This document shows positions 1-9,170 of a stretch of DNA of 64,000 nucleotides, piece after piece. The position numbers and the translations under genes are program-made. Source of the DNA: Bacteroidia bacterium (GTDB lineage: Bacteria > Bacteroidota > Bacteroidia > B-17B0 > Aurantibacillaceae). Within the stretch, counting starts at the first letter, position 1. The number at the start of each line of letters is the position of its first letter. The notes under the pieces were generated by a model that saw only the letters and a program-made list of their open reading frames with translations, ran no database searches and was not told the origin of the DNA. Where the stretch lies: assembly GCA_016787785.1 (NCBI GenBank), contig JAEUTO010000015.1:1-64000 (forward strand). The letters run 5' to 3'.

Positions 1-195
1 TTCTTTTCGGGGGTGCAAAAGTACACATCCCTTTTATTAATTCCAAACTTTTTTAAAGAAAAATTAAATTTTATTCAATCTTTTTTTCCTTATTCCTCTT
101 CAATTCCTAAACTCTCTCAAAAAACGGGAGGGCAAAGATACTACTTCTTTTTTATCCAACAAATATATTTGCCGAGTATTTACAACATTTCACAG

Positions 196-256
196 CTTTT
201 TAACCAAACTTTGTCTTAAAATTTTAAAACACTTTTAACCCAACATTGTTTTAAAA
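196..256. repeat. Two copies of a ~25-bp direct repeat (CTTTTAACCMAACWTTGTYTTAAAA), 36 bp apart, upstream of the DUF4290-murA operon
   Basis: Read directly from sequence; copy 1 at 196-220, copy 2 at 232-256. Confidence 0.5.
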
Positions 257-355
257 CTATACGCTAAAATTGTTACTAACACAGCACTGCTTAATAAAAT
301 ACCAATAAAGGTGAGGCAAGCGCCAATTTTAAGTATCTTTAGCCTTTATAGACAG

Positions 356-982
356 ATGGAATATAACACACAATTAGACAGATTGATCATCCCCGAATAC
401 GGTAGAAATATCCAGGGAATGATAGAGTATTGCTGCAAATTAAAGGATCGCGAAGAGCGAAACCTATGCGCAAGGGCAATAATACAGGTAATGGGGCAAT
501 TAAACCCACATTTAAGGGATATTGCGGATTACAACCACAAATTATGGGATCATTTATTTATAATCTCTCAGTTTAAACTGGATGTAGATAGCCCATACCC
601 TATACCAAGCCCCGAAACGTTTAAGGAAAAACCAAAAATTTTAGATTATCCAAAAGGAAAGATCCGTTTTAAACATTACGGTAAAACGATTGAGGATATT
701 ATTAAAAAAGCGCGTGAGTTGCCCGAAGGCCCTGAACGCAAAGAATTAACGCGCCAAATAGCCAATCACCTTAAAAAATCTTATTTCAACTGGAACAAAG
801 ATTCTATTACGGATGATGTGATCTTTAAAAACTTAGCTGATCTATCTGGCGGTGAATTAAAATTGGATGATAACACTGTATTGAGCTCGCACCAAGAGTT
901 ACGAGGAGCCAAGAAATTCTTCCACAAAAATCCAAAACATAAAAATAATAATCACAAACATAAAAATCCCAGAAAATTCTAA
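356..982 (+). CDS. DUF4290 domain protein (conserved Bacteroidota gene preceding murA)
   Basis: Internal start MEYNTQLDRLIIPEYGRNIQGMIEY matches the conserved DUF4290 N-terminus; sits directly upstream of murA; basic H/K/N-rich tail. Confidence 0.65.
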   Translation: MEYNTQLDRLIIPEYGRNIQGMIEYCCKLKDREERNLCARAIIQVMGQLNPHLRDIADYNHKLWDHLFIISQFKLDVDSPYPIPSPETFKEKPKILDYPKGKIRFKHYGKTIEDIIKKARELPEGPERKELTRQIANHLKKSYFNWNKDSITDDVIFKNLADLSGGELKLDDNTVLSSHQELRGAKKFFHKNPKHKNNNHKHKNPRKF

Positions 983-991
983 TACTTTCTT

Positions 992-2302
992 ATGGCAATT
1001 TTTGAAGTACATGGCGGACATAAACTAAAAGGAGAAATTATACCGCAGGGAGCTAAAAATGAAGCTTTACAAATTCTTTGCGCAGTGTTATTAACCAAAG
1101 AAAAAGTTGTCATAAGCAACATTCCAAACATTGTTGATATTAATAAACTTATTGAATTACTTGCCGAACTTGGTGTAAAGGTTGAGAACACCGGCCACGA
1201 GGAATATACTTTCCAGGCAGATAATGTAAATATTGACTATCTGGTATCGCCCGAATTTAAAAAGAAAGGTGGCAGTTTACGCGGTAGCATGATGATCGTA
1301 GGCCCCATGCTCACACGCTTTGGTAAGGCTTATATGCCAAAACCAGGTGGTGATAAAATAGGCCGCCGCCGTGTAGATACCCATTTTATGGGCTTTGAAG
1401 CTTTAGGTGCGAAATTTAATTATCATGCTGATAACGAAATATTTGAAGTTGAAGGCAAAAATTTAAAAGGCGCTTACATGTTATTGGATGAAGCTTCTGT
1501 TACAGGAACAGCCAACATTGTTATGGCCGCTGTTTTAGCAGAAGGCAGAACAACTATTTATAACGCGGCCTGTGAACCTTACTTACAACAACTTTGTAAA
1601 ATGCTTAATAGCATGGGTGCAAAAATTTCAGGCATTGGTTCAAATTTACTTTATATTGATGGCGTTAAAGAATTAAAAGGCACAACGCATCGCATATTGC
1701 CGGATATGATAGAGATAGGCTCTTTCATTGGAATGGCTGCTGTTACTCAATCCGAGATCACTATTAAAAATGTGAGCTACGATAATTTAGGAATCATTCC
1801 AACAATATTCGGACGCCTAGGTATTAAAATGGAACGCCGTGGTGATGACATTTTTATTCCTGAACAAGAACATTACGAAATTGACACCTTCATTGACGGT
1901 TCAATTCTTACAGTAAGTGACGCCATTTGGCCGGGCTTTACACCCGATCTTATAAGTATTGCTTTGGTTACGGCAATACAAGCGCGTGGCAATGTACTAA
2001 TCCATCAAAAAATGTTCGAGAGCCGTTTGTTCTTTGTAGATAAATTAATTGATATGGGTGCCAAAATTATTCTTTGCGATCCGCACCGTGCAACCGTAAT
2101 GGGCCTTGATAGAAAAGTGCAATTACGTGCTATTCAAATGGCGAGTCCTGATATTAGAGCGGGTGTGGCTTTGCTTATTGCGGCCATGAGTGCAAAAGGC
2201 AAAAGCGTTATTTTTAATATTAACCAAATAGACAGAGGTTACCAAAATATTGATACACGCCTCAACGCTATTGGTGCGCAAATAATTAGAAAAGATAAAT
2301 GA
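992..2302 (+). CDS. murA: UDP-N-acetylglucosamine 1-carboxyvinyltransferase
   Basis: 436 aa; N-terminus MAIFEVHGGHKLKGEIIPQGAKNEALQILCAVLLT; EPSP-synthase-like fold signatures throughout. Confidence 0.9.
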   Translation: MAIFEVHGGHKLKGEIIPQGAKNEALQILCAVLLTKEKVVISNIPNIVDINKLIELLAELGVKVENTGHEEYTFQADNVNIDYLVSPEFKKKGGSLRGSMMIVGPMLTRFGKAYMPKPGGDKIGRRRVDTHFMGFEALGAKFNYHADNEIFEVEGKNLKGAYMLLDEASVTGTANIVMAAVLAEGRTTIYNAACEPYLQQLCKMLNSMGAKISGIGSNLLYIDGVKELKGTTHRILPDMIEIGSFIGMAAVTQSEITIKNVSYDNLGIIPTIFGRLGIKMERRGDDIFIPEQEHYEIDTFIDGSILTVSDAIWPGFTPDLISIALVTAIQARGNVLIHQKMFESRLFFVDKLIDMGAKIILCDPHRATVMGLDRKVQLRAIQMASPDIRAGVALLIAAMSAKGKSVIFNINQIDRGYQNIDTRLNAIGAQIIRKDK

Positions 2303-2889
2303 AACATTTACTGATATTTTTAAGTATCCTTTTAATTTCTATTGCTTCATGCAAAAGCAAAAAAACTACCGTTACCGATCCTATTACGCCCACAGTTGCT
2401 GTTACTCCTTTACCCGCCGCAGAAGTAGAACCTGTTGTAGGGTTAAATTTAGGTAATTTGGCCCCCGAAATTGCACAAGGTAATTTAACTGATAGTGTTA
2501 TTAAACTTTCTTCTTTAAGAGGAAAAGTTGTTTTGATAGATTTTTGGGCGAGTTGGTGCGGCCCCTGCAGAAAGGAAAACCCAACAGTTGTAAAAGCTTA
2601 CACAAAATATAAAGATCAAAAATTTAAAAGCGGCAATGGCTTTACAATTTATAGTGTATCATTAGATGCCGATAAAAATCTCTGGAAAAAAGCAATTGAT
2701 AAAGATGGTTTGGCCTGGCCTTATCACGTAAGTGATCTTAAAGTATGGAATAACGAAGCTTCGCAAAAGTACGCTGTTCAAGGCATTCCATATAATGTAT
2801 TGATAAATGATAAAGGAATAATAATTGACAAAAACTTAAGAGGTGAAGACCTGAACTTAGCTTTAGAAAAATTATTAGTTACCCAATGA
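2299..2889 (+). CDS. TlpA-like periplasmic thiol-disulfide oxidoreductase lipoprotein (thioredoxin fold, WCGPC)
   Basis: Lipobox ISIASC; active-site motif FWASWCGPCRKENP; start overlaps the murA stop (ATGA). Confidence 0.85.
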   Translation: MKHLLIFLSILLISIASCKSKKTTVTDPITPTVAVTPLPAAEVEPVVGLNLGNLAPEIAQGNLTDSVIKLSSLRGKVVLIDFWASWCGPCRKENPTVVKAYTKYKDQKFKSGNGFTIYSVSLDADKNLWKKAIDKDGLAWPYHVSDLKVWNNEASQKYAVQGIPYNVLINDKGIIIDKNLRGEDLNLALEKLLVTQ

Positions 2890-4115
2890 AAAATTATTTT
2901 TTCATATTATTTATTTTCGTGTTCGCGAACCTAAATTCGCAAACAGAAACATCGCCAATAAAACCCGGAGACAAAGCACCTGGTTTTATTTTAACGCAAC
3001 AAAATTCTATTCAAAGTTTTGCATTACCTTATTTTAACCGCGTTATTCTTATGCATTTTTGGAGCACAAGTGTACCGCAATCAAAAGCAAAGAACCGATC
3101 ATTGAACCGCTTGGCGGGCAGGTATAAAAATGCTATTTATAAGAACGCCGATGGTTTTGATCTGATCGCAATTGCCGTGCAAAGCGATAAAAGGGCTTGG
3201 AATGAAGATGTAAGAGTTGACTCATTAACTAATTTTATTAACGGTATTGCGCAAAAAGGTTATAATGATGATGTGTGCAAAAAATATGGTGTTACTTCTC
3301 TTCCGTCAGATGTTTTAATTGACGAGAACGGTATTGTTATTGCTATTAACCCAAAAATGAGCGTTCTTGAAGATCTGCTGGACGAAAAGAAAAATTTTTT
3401 ACCAATAAAAAAAGATGTTACCGGAATAATTGGCCATACAAGCAATAAAGACGATATATTGAAATTTGGGAAATTATATTTATTTGATGCTTATTATGAT
3501 TCAGTATCCACAACGCTCACAAATGCTAACGGCGGATTTTCTTTTTACGATATAAAATTAAATCAGGATTTTATTTTGAAAACAGATAACCAAGTAAATA
3601 TTGTTACAAGCGATCCGCTTGCTATTTATAACAAAAGAGGTGAGCATATTGTAGATGGTAAAACAATGGGCAATGGTTTCGTTTTTTATATTGCATCAAA
3701 CACGAGTTATAAATTAACCGACGATAATCCTGATGAAGCGTTGAACGGAACGATCGGCGAAGTAAATGTAACCAAGAACTTAATTTTTGCTAGCAATGGT
3801 GCAGCACTTTCTCCAAAAGATGAACAGGAGTTGCAACCCATTTTATTAATGCTACAAAAAAATAAAGATCTGGTGGTAACTATTACAACCCACACAGATT
3901 CTAAACCTGATGATAAATCAGCAATGGATCTAACCATTAAACAGGCAAAAACCGTTAAAGACTATTTAGTTAAAAAAGGTATTTCTTTGGCCAGAATAAA
4001 AACCTTTCCAAAAGGTAAAACGCAGCCCCGTAAAACCTGCAAAGCACATGCAGATTGTTCTGACGCTGACCATAAACAAAACCGCAGGGTTGAATTTGTG
4101 GTATCAAAGAACTGA
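2886..4115 (+). CDS. Fusion protein: redox-inactive TlpA-like thioredoxin-fold domain (CxxC lost) + C-terminal OmpA-like peptidoglycan-binding domain
   Basis: N-terminus has TlpA-like context HFWSTSVPQSKAKN but no cysteines; C-terminus has an OmpA-like signature ending NRRVEFVV; ATGA overlap with the upstream tlpA. Confidence 0.7.
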   Translation: MKNYFFILFIFVFANLNSQTETSPIKPGDKAPGFILTQQNSIQSFALPYFNRVILMHFWSTSVPQSKAKNRSLNRLAGRYKNAIYKNADGFDLIAIAVQSDKRAWNEDVRVDSLTNFINGIAQKGYNDDVCKKYGVTSLPSDVLIDENGIVIAINPKMSVLEDLLDEKKNFLPIKKDVTGIIGHTSNKDDILKFGKLYLFDAYYDSVSTTLTNANGGFSFYDIKLNQDFILKTDNQVNIVTSDPLAIYNKRGEHIVDGKTMGNGFVFYIASNTSYKLTDDNPDEALNGTIGEVNVTKNLIFASNGAALSPKDEQELQPILLMLQKNKDLVVTITTHTDSKPDDKSAMDLTIKQAKTVKDYLVKKGISLARIKTFPKGKTQPRKTCKAHADCSDADHKQNRRVEFVVSKN

Positions 4116-4193
4116 CAAAACTTCCTATAAAAAAATCTGGCAATATTATTGATTTAATGCTATCGAAATACTATTTTAAAATCGATAGATACC

Positions 4194-4757
4194 ATGCAGA
4201 ACAACGAAAATAGCGTACCGGAAGAGAATTTAGAGAATGTTGAAAACAGCACTGAGTCTGACAATACGACTGAAAAAACAGCCGATACTGACGAAACTAC
4301 CACAATTAACAATGCTGTTGATACTGATGCTAAAATAAAAGAATTGAACGACAGGTATCTGCGTTTATATTCTGAATTTGATAATTACCGGAAGCGTACC
4401 ATTAAAGAAAGGTCTGAACTTATTAAAACAGCCGCAGAGGACGTTTTTAAAGCTATTTTGCCCGTGCTTGATGATATGGAAAGGGCTATTAAAGCAAACG
4501 AGACCGTGACGGATGCAACGCCTATTAAAGAGGGTATGGTGCTTATTCATAATAAATTAAAGAACTCAATACAACACAAAGGATTAACTTCTTTTGATAG
4601 TCTTGGTATCGCATTTAATCCCGATACCATGGAAGCTATTACACATATTCCTGCAACAGACGAGGAACAAAAAGGTAAAGTTATTGACGAACTTGAAAAA
4701 GGATATAAATTAGGAGATAAAGTAATTAGATTTGCGAAAGTTGTTGTAGCACAATAA
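4194..4757 (+). CDS. grpE: Nucleotide exchange factor GrpE
   Basis: Acidic N-terminus, coiled-coil region [22 protein letters not shown], typical GrpE C-terminus; sits 5 bp upstream of dnaJ. Confidence 0.85.
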   Translation: MQNNENSVPEENLENVENSTESDNTTEKTADTDETTTINNAVDTDAKIKELNDRYLRLYSEFDNYRKRTIKERSELIKTAAEDVFKAILPVLDDMERAIKANETVTDATPIKEGMVLIHNKLKNSIQHKGLTSFDSLGIAFNPDTMEAITHIPATDEEQKGKVIDELEKGYKLGDKVIRFAKVVVAQ

Positions 4758-4761
4758 TATT

Positions 4762-5904
4762 ATGGCCAAAAGAGATTATTACGAAATATTAGGAATTAAT
4801 AAGAACGCAAGCGAAGAAGAAATTAAAAAAGCTTATCGCAAATTGGCTATTAAATTTCACCCGGATAAAAACCCCGATGATAAATCGGCTGAAGATAAAT
4901 TTAAAGAAGCTGCAGAGGCATACGAGATATTAAGTAACCCCGACAAACGTGCGCGCTACAACCAATACGGTCATGCGGGTGTTGGTGGTGCGTCTGGCGG
5001 ACAAGGTCATGGTGGCATGAACATGGACGACATCTTTAGCCAGTTTGGCGATATTTTTGGTGGCGCATTTGGCTTTGGCGGCGGCGGTGGAAACCGCGGC
5101 GGCGGAAGGCGTATGAACCGCGGAAGTAATTTACGCGTTAAAGTAAAATTAAATTTAAAAGAAATTGCAAACGGTGCCGAGAAAAAAATTAAAGTAAATA
5201 AATATGTTGGTTGTAAAACCTGCAGTGGCAGTGGTGCAAAGAACGGACAATACGATACCTGTAAACAGTGTAACGGTAGCGGCGTTGTTACACGTGTGCA
5301 ACAAACTATTTTAGGTGCCATGCAAACACAAACAACCTGCCCGGGTTGTAGTGGCGAAGGAAGAATTGTAAAAGATAAATGCAATACATGTCACGGTGAC
5401 GGAATTGTAAGAGAGGAAGAGATCATTACCATGAACATTCCGGCGGGTGTAGCCGACGGAATGCAGTTAAGTATGCAGGGCAAAGGCAACGCTGCACCAC
5501 GTGGCGGCATTAACGGCGATCTTTTAATTGTTATTGAAGAAGAAGATCATCCAGACCTTAAACGCGAAGGAAATCACTTGATATATAGTTTAAACATTTC
5601 CTTCCCGGATGCAGCAATGGGAACAAATGTTGAGATCCCTACTATTGACGCGAAAGCCAAAATTAAAATTGAACCCGGCACGCAAAGCGGACGCGTTTTA
5701 CGTTTAAAAGGAAAAGGATTACCCGATATAAATGCTTACGGAAGAGGCGACCTTTTGGTTGAGATAAGTGTATACACACCAACGCACTTAAGTCCCGATG
5801 AACGCAAAGCATTAGAAACGTTAAAAGCGTCTAAGAATTTTGAACCGAATCCAAACAAAAAAGAAAAAGGTTTTTTTGAACGAATGAAAGATTATTTTGA
5901 ATAG
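4762..5904 (+). CDS. dnaJ: Molecular chaperone DnaJ
   Basis: J-domain [33 protein letters not shown], Gly-rich linker, four CxxCxGxG zinc-finger repeats. Confidence 0.95.
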   Translation: MAKRDYYEILGINKNASEEEIKKAYRKLAIKFHPDKNPDDKSAEDKFKEAAEAYEILSNPDKRARYNQYGHAGVGGASGGQGHGGMNMDDIFSQFGDIFGGAFGFGGGGGNRGGGRRMNRGSNLRVKVKLNLKEIANGAEKKIKVNKYVGCKTCSGSGAKNGQYDTCKQCNGSGVVTRVQQTILGAMQTQTTCPGCSGEGRIVKDKCNTCHGDGIVREEEIITMNIPAGVADGMQLSMQGKGNAAPRGGINGDLLIVIEEEDHPDLKREGNHLIYSLNISFPDAAMGTNVEIPTIDAKAKIKIEPGTQSGRVLRLKGKGLPDINAYGRGDLLVEISVYTPTHLSPDERKALETLKASKNFEPNPNKKEKGFFERMKDYFE

Positions 5905-5945
5905 ACCTAAAATTTTATTCTAAATATCGTAGATCAAAAAATTTA

Positions 5946-5968
5946 AAAGGGCTTTTGCCCTTTTTTTG
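5946..5968 (+). terminator. Rho-independent terminator after dnaJ
   Basis: AAAGGGCTTTTGCCCTTTTTTTG: GC stem followed by a T-run. Confidence 0.7.
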
Positions 5969-6017
5969 TTTTAGATAATTTGCATTAATTTAATTAATTT
6001 AGTTCATCAATTTATCT

Positions 6018-6989
6018 ATGGGCAATTGTACTTATAAATGGTATGGTTTTAAAATGAATGTAGCCTGCTTAAAATGCGGCACAAAGATCGCCATGCAAAG
6101 TCCATCAGGAGCGCCAACCTGTATTGAATGTGGAGAAATTAGCAAACATGATTGGGACGAGCTTTGTATAAATGCAGAGATAAAAGACATGCGTAATAAC
6201 GAAACCAGCAACAAAAAGGTGTTTGGTATTATGGAAATAAGCGTTAATACAGAATTTGTTAGCGCAATTAGTTGTTATCACTGCAAGGAAAAAATAACAA
6301 TAATGGAGGATGTGATCGAAGAAAAAAACTGCGATTGTCCTTCGTGTAACCAAAAACTTGAATTCGAATCAATAAAATCACATAAGGATTTTGCTTTTTA
6401 CCGTTACGTTAATCAAAAGATAGATCCTTCACATCAAAAATCTGTTATTGCGGTGCATTGCGCAGCCTGCGGCGCACCAATGCAAAAGGATCCGGGTAAG
6501 GTAAATTATAATTGCAATTTTTGTGGTGTAGAAAATATTTTGCCGATTTCATTAAGACAAAAAAGAGTACTTGATGACGTTTTTGTGGGTGTTCAAAAAA
6601 AAATACCCAGTCCAAAAAAAATATTGGAGTTTAACAATCAGCAACTCATCGTGGAGTGCTTAAAAGGAAATAAGCTAGAGGCCTTTGACACGGGAACACT
6701 AAATGCATTAATGCAAAAATTTCCTGATAATTTACAGATATACCATTTAATTGCGAACGATCTGCGTCATACATTTCCAAATGAAACCTATGAAAAATTA
6801 TGGGAAACTTCAAAAAGCTCTCCTTTCTTAAGCATCATAGCACAAAAATTAAATAAAAGCGAGAATGAAAAAAAAATGAAACTAAAAAAAGGAGATACTA
6901 ATAAAAAACCAATTGCAAAAAACTCAAAGCAAGAAGAAAAAGGCTTATTTGGAAAAATATTAAACTGGTTTACTTCTCCACGATCATAA
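6018..6989 (+). CDS. Hypothetical cytoplasmic protein with three tandem CxxC...CxxC zinc-ribbon modules and a basic C-terminal tail
   Basis: CLKCG...CIECG; CYHCK...CDCPSCN; CAACG...CNFCG. The true start may be the internal MNVACLKCG. Confidence 0.5.
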   Translation: MGNCTYKWYGFKMNVACLKCGTKIAMQSPSGAPTCIECGEISKHDWDELCINAEIKDMRNNETSNKKVFGIMEISVNTEFVSAISCYHCKEKITIMEDVIEEKNCDCPSCNQKLEFESIKSHKDFAFYRYVNQKIDPSHQKSVIAVHCAACGAPMQKDPGKVNYNCNFCGVENILPISLRQKRVLDDVFVGVQKKIPSPKKILEFNNQQLIVECLKGNKLEAFDTGTLNALMQKFPDNLQIYHLIANDLRHTFPNETYEKLWETSKSSPFLSIIAQKLNKSENEKKMKLKKGDTNKKPIAKNSKQEEKGLFGKILNWFTSPRS

Positions 6990-8994
6990 ATTCCGTTCTA
7001 CGATTTTTTGCCCTGCCCTCTTCCGTTGTATTTTCTGCAACCGGTTTGATAGATCCAAAACCTTTCGCATTAATTCGATCGCCATTAATACCTAATTCTT
7101 CTAAGGCACTTTTTACCGAAAAAGCACGATTGGTACTTAAAGCTTCATTAGCCTTTGGATTACCAACGTTATCCGTATGACCGTGGATCTCTATTTTTAT
7201 AGTAGGGTTTTCTTTTAAATAGCCAGCAAATGATTTTAAAACTACTTTACTTTCCTTTGTTAGTTCTGCACTATTGGTAGCATAAAAAATATTGTTAATC
7301 ACAAATGTCTTTCCGGGTAAAGCTTCCTGAACAACCATTTTTATTTCTTTTGCCGGAGCCTCAAACGTAAGGTCCTTTACGCTAACCACTTTTGATAAAA
7401 AAGCCTGATCTTCTTTTTTTACAGTAACTAAAATGTCATCCTTCTGTTTTAAATTTACAGCGGCCATCCACTGGCCGGTACTACTGTCTGTTACAGCAAA
7501 GGTCTTTTCTTCTGTCCTAATATTTTTTATTTCAACTACAGCTCCCGTAACTTCATTACCAACATTATCTTTAACATCGCCTTTAATAAAAGTAATTTGC
7601 TGCGGACGCGCCTCTTTGTAAAGATCAAATTTATAAAGATCAAAACGACCAACTCCCTTACCACGCACTTTACCTTCGTCGAAACTAAAAAAGTACCCCA
7701 TTTTTGTATCTGTACTTACAAAAAAACCAACATCATCGGTACTGCCGTTAATTGGCGATCCAATATTTTCGGGTTCCTGCCACTCGCCTTTTTCATCTTT
7801 ACGCACGTAAAAAATATCCATGCCACCAAAGCCAAAATGGCCATCGCTGCTAAAATAAAGCGTCTCACTGTCGCTATGAATAAAAGGCGTTTTCTCATTT
7901 CCCTTGGTATTAATTTTTGGACCAAGATTTTTTGGCGTGCTCCAGATATTTGTTTTTGGATCTCTAACAGTAACATAAAGATCAACGCCACCAAAGCCTC
8001 CCGGCCTATCGCTTGCAAAATATAACGTAACGCCATCTGCAGCAATAGTAGGTTGACTATCCCAATAAACGGGATGATTTACCACGTTACTTAATTTACG
8101 AATAGGTTTCCATTCATCATTTTGATTATCGCTAATATAAATATCAACGTTTGGTTGGTTGCCGCCTTCATCGCGCTGCATCGCAAAATATAAATGTTTA
8201 TTGTCGATTGAGATACTGCAGCCACCCTGGTTATCATCTTTTTCATTAAAAGGATAGGGCATTTCTTCGCCTTTATCAAACTCGCCATTCTTATCACGAA
8301 CAGAATACATAAAAACCTCTACCTCTTTATCGCTGGTATAAACTTTATCTTTGTTATTGGCAGGCATTTTGCGTACATAATAACAATTCTTATCATCCGG
8401 CGAAATATAAGCCAGGTATTCGTCCCGTTCGGTTGACACGCCTCGCACAACTTTAGGATCAAAAGGCACACCTTTTTTTAATGCACTTTCTTTCTTTAAC
8501 GATTTTAGCATTTCTTTGGCGTTATACATTTCTCCGTTATAATCCTTAGCAAATTTTGTATCATCATCGTCTTTAAAAGCAATAAATTTTTCAAGATATT
8601 TTTTTGCAGAATCGTTCTTGGCCTCCTCGTAATATGCAAAACCAATATAGTAATAAGGCTCGCTATGGATTTGAGGGCACGAAGCAATAGCTTTTTTAAA
8701 ATAAGGCGTCATTGGCGAAAACGAAAGGTTTTCTAATTTTGCACGCACGATCATTTCCTGACCCATAAATAAATTAGCTTCTGCAAAATCAGGCTCTATT
8801 TGCAAACTCTCCATTAAAAAACTAATACGTTCTGGCTTTTTGTATTTCTTTTTATCGCGCGCTTTTTCATAAAGCTTCATTGCTTTTTTATCAATATCAT
8901 CCCTGCAAAAAGTTTTTGGACCTTTATCATCATCCTGCGAAAGAACAGAAAATGAAAGAGTAACAAATGGAAGTATAAATAAAAGTTTTTTCAT
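6970..8994 (-). CDS. OmpA family outer-membrane/periplasmic protein with N-terminal TPR-like region and TolB-like (PD40/WD40-like) beta-propeller repeats
   Basis: Signal peptide; repeated beta-propeller-like motifs (e.g. TLYFASDRPGG, TLYFSSDGHFGFGG); C-terminal OmpA domain ending NRRTEFMIVEK. Confidence 0.8.
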   Translation of the reverse strand: MKKLLFILPFVTLSFSVLSQDDDKGPKTFCRDDIDKKAMKLYEKARDKKKYKKPERISFLMESLQIEPDFAEANLFMGQEMIVRAKLENLSFSPMTPYFKKAIASCPQIHSEPYYYIGFAYYEEAKNDSAKKYLEKFIAFKDDDDTKFAKDYNGEMYNAKEMLKSLKKESALKKGVPFDPKVVRGVSTERDEYLAYISPDDKNCYYVRKMPANNKDKVYTSDKEVEVFMYSVRDKNGEFDKGEEMPYPFNEKDDNQGGCSISIDNKHLYFAMQRDEGGNQPNVDIYISDNQNDEWKPIRKLSNVVNHPVYWDSQPTIAADGVTLYFASDRPGGFGGVDLYVTVRDPKTNIWSTPKNLGPKINTKGNEKTPFIHSDSETLYFSSDGHFGFGGMDIFYVRKDEKGEWQEPENIGSPINGSTDDVGFFVSTDTKMGYFFSFDEGKVRGKGVGRFDLYKFDLYKEARPQQITFIKGDVKDNVGNEVTGAVVEIKNIRTEEKTFAVTDSSTGQWMAAVNLKQKDDILVTVKKEDQAFLSKVVSVKDLTFEAPAKEIKMVVQEALPGKTFVINNIFYATNSAELTKESKVVLKSFAGYLKENPTIKIEIHGHTDNVGNPKANEALSTNRAFSVKSALEELGINGDRINAKGFGSIKPVAENTTEEGRAKNRRTEFMIVEK

Positions 8995-9170
8995 GATAAT
9001 TTTTGCTCGAAAAGAATATAACCAAATATAAAGGCTTTGGTTACACTAATTTACTAAGATTTAAATTGTTTGTTTACGGCTTAATGTTAAAAAGCACTAA
9101 CAAATGTTTATAAAATAGAAAAGCTAATACCAAGCTACATGTTACATTTACTTAAAATAAAAAAGATTTT

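Noticed and set aside
13-219. 68-aa ORF at the window start
   Set aside because: It is AT-rich, with low-complexity translation, no signal or motif, and is probably noncoding leader.
5007-5384. 125-aa minus-strand ORF (Pro-rich)
   Set aside because: It is the antisense shadow of the Gly-rich linker of dnaJ. It is low complexity with no start context.
7597-8045. ORFs of 142 aa (plus strand) and 109 aa (minus strand)
   Set aside because: They lie inside the well-supported OmpA/TolB-like gene in other frames.
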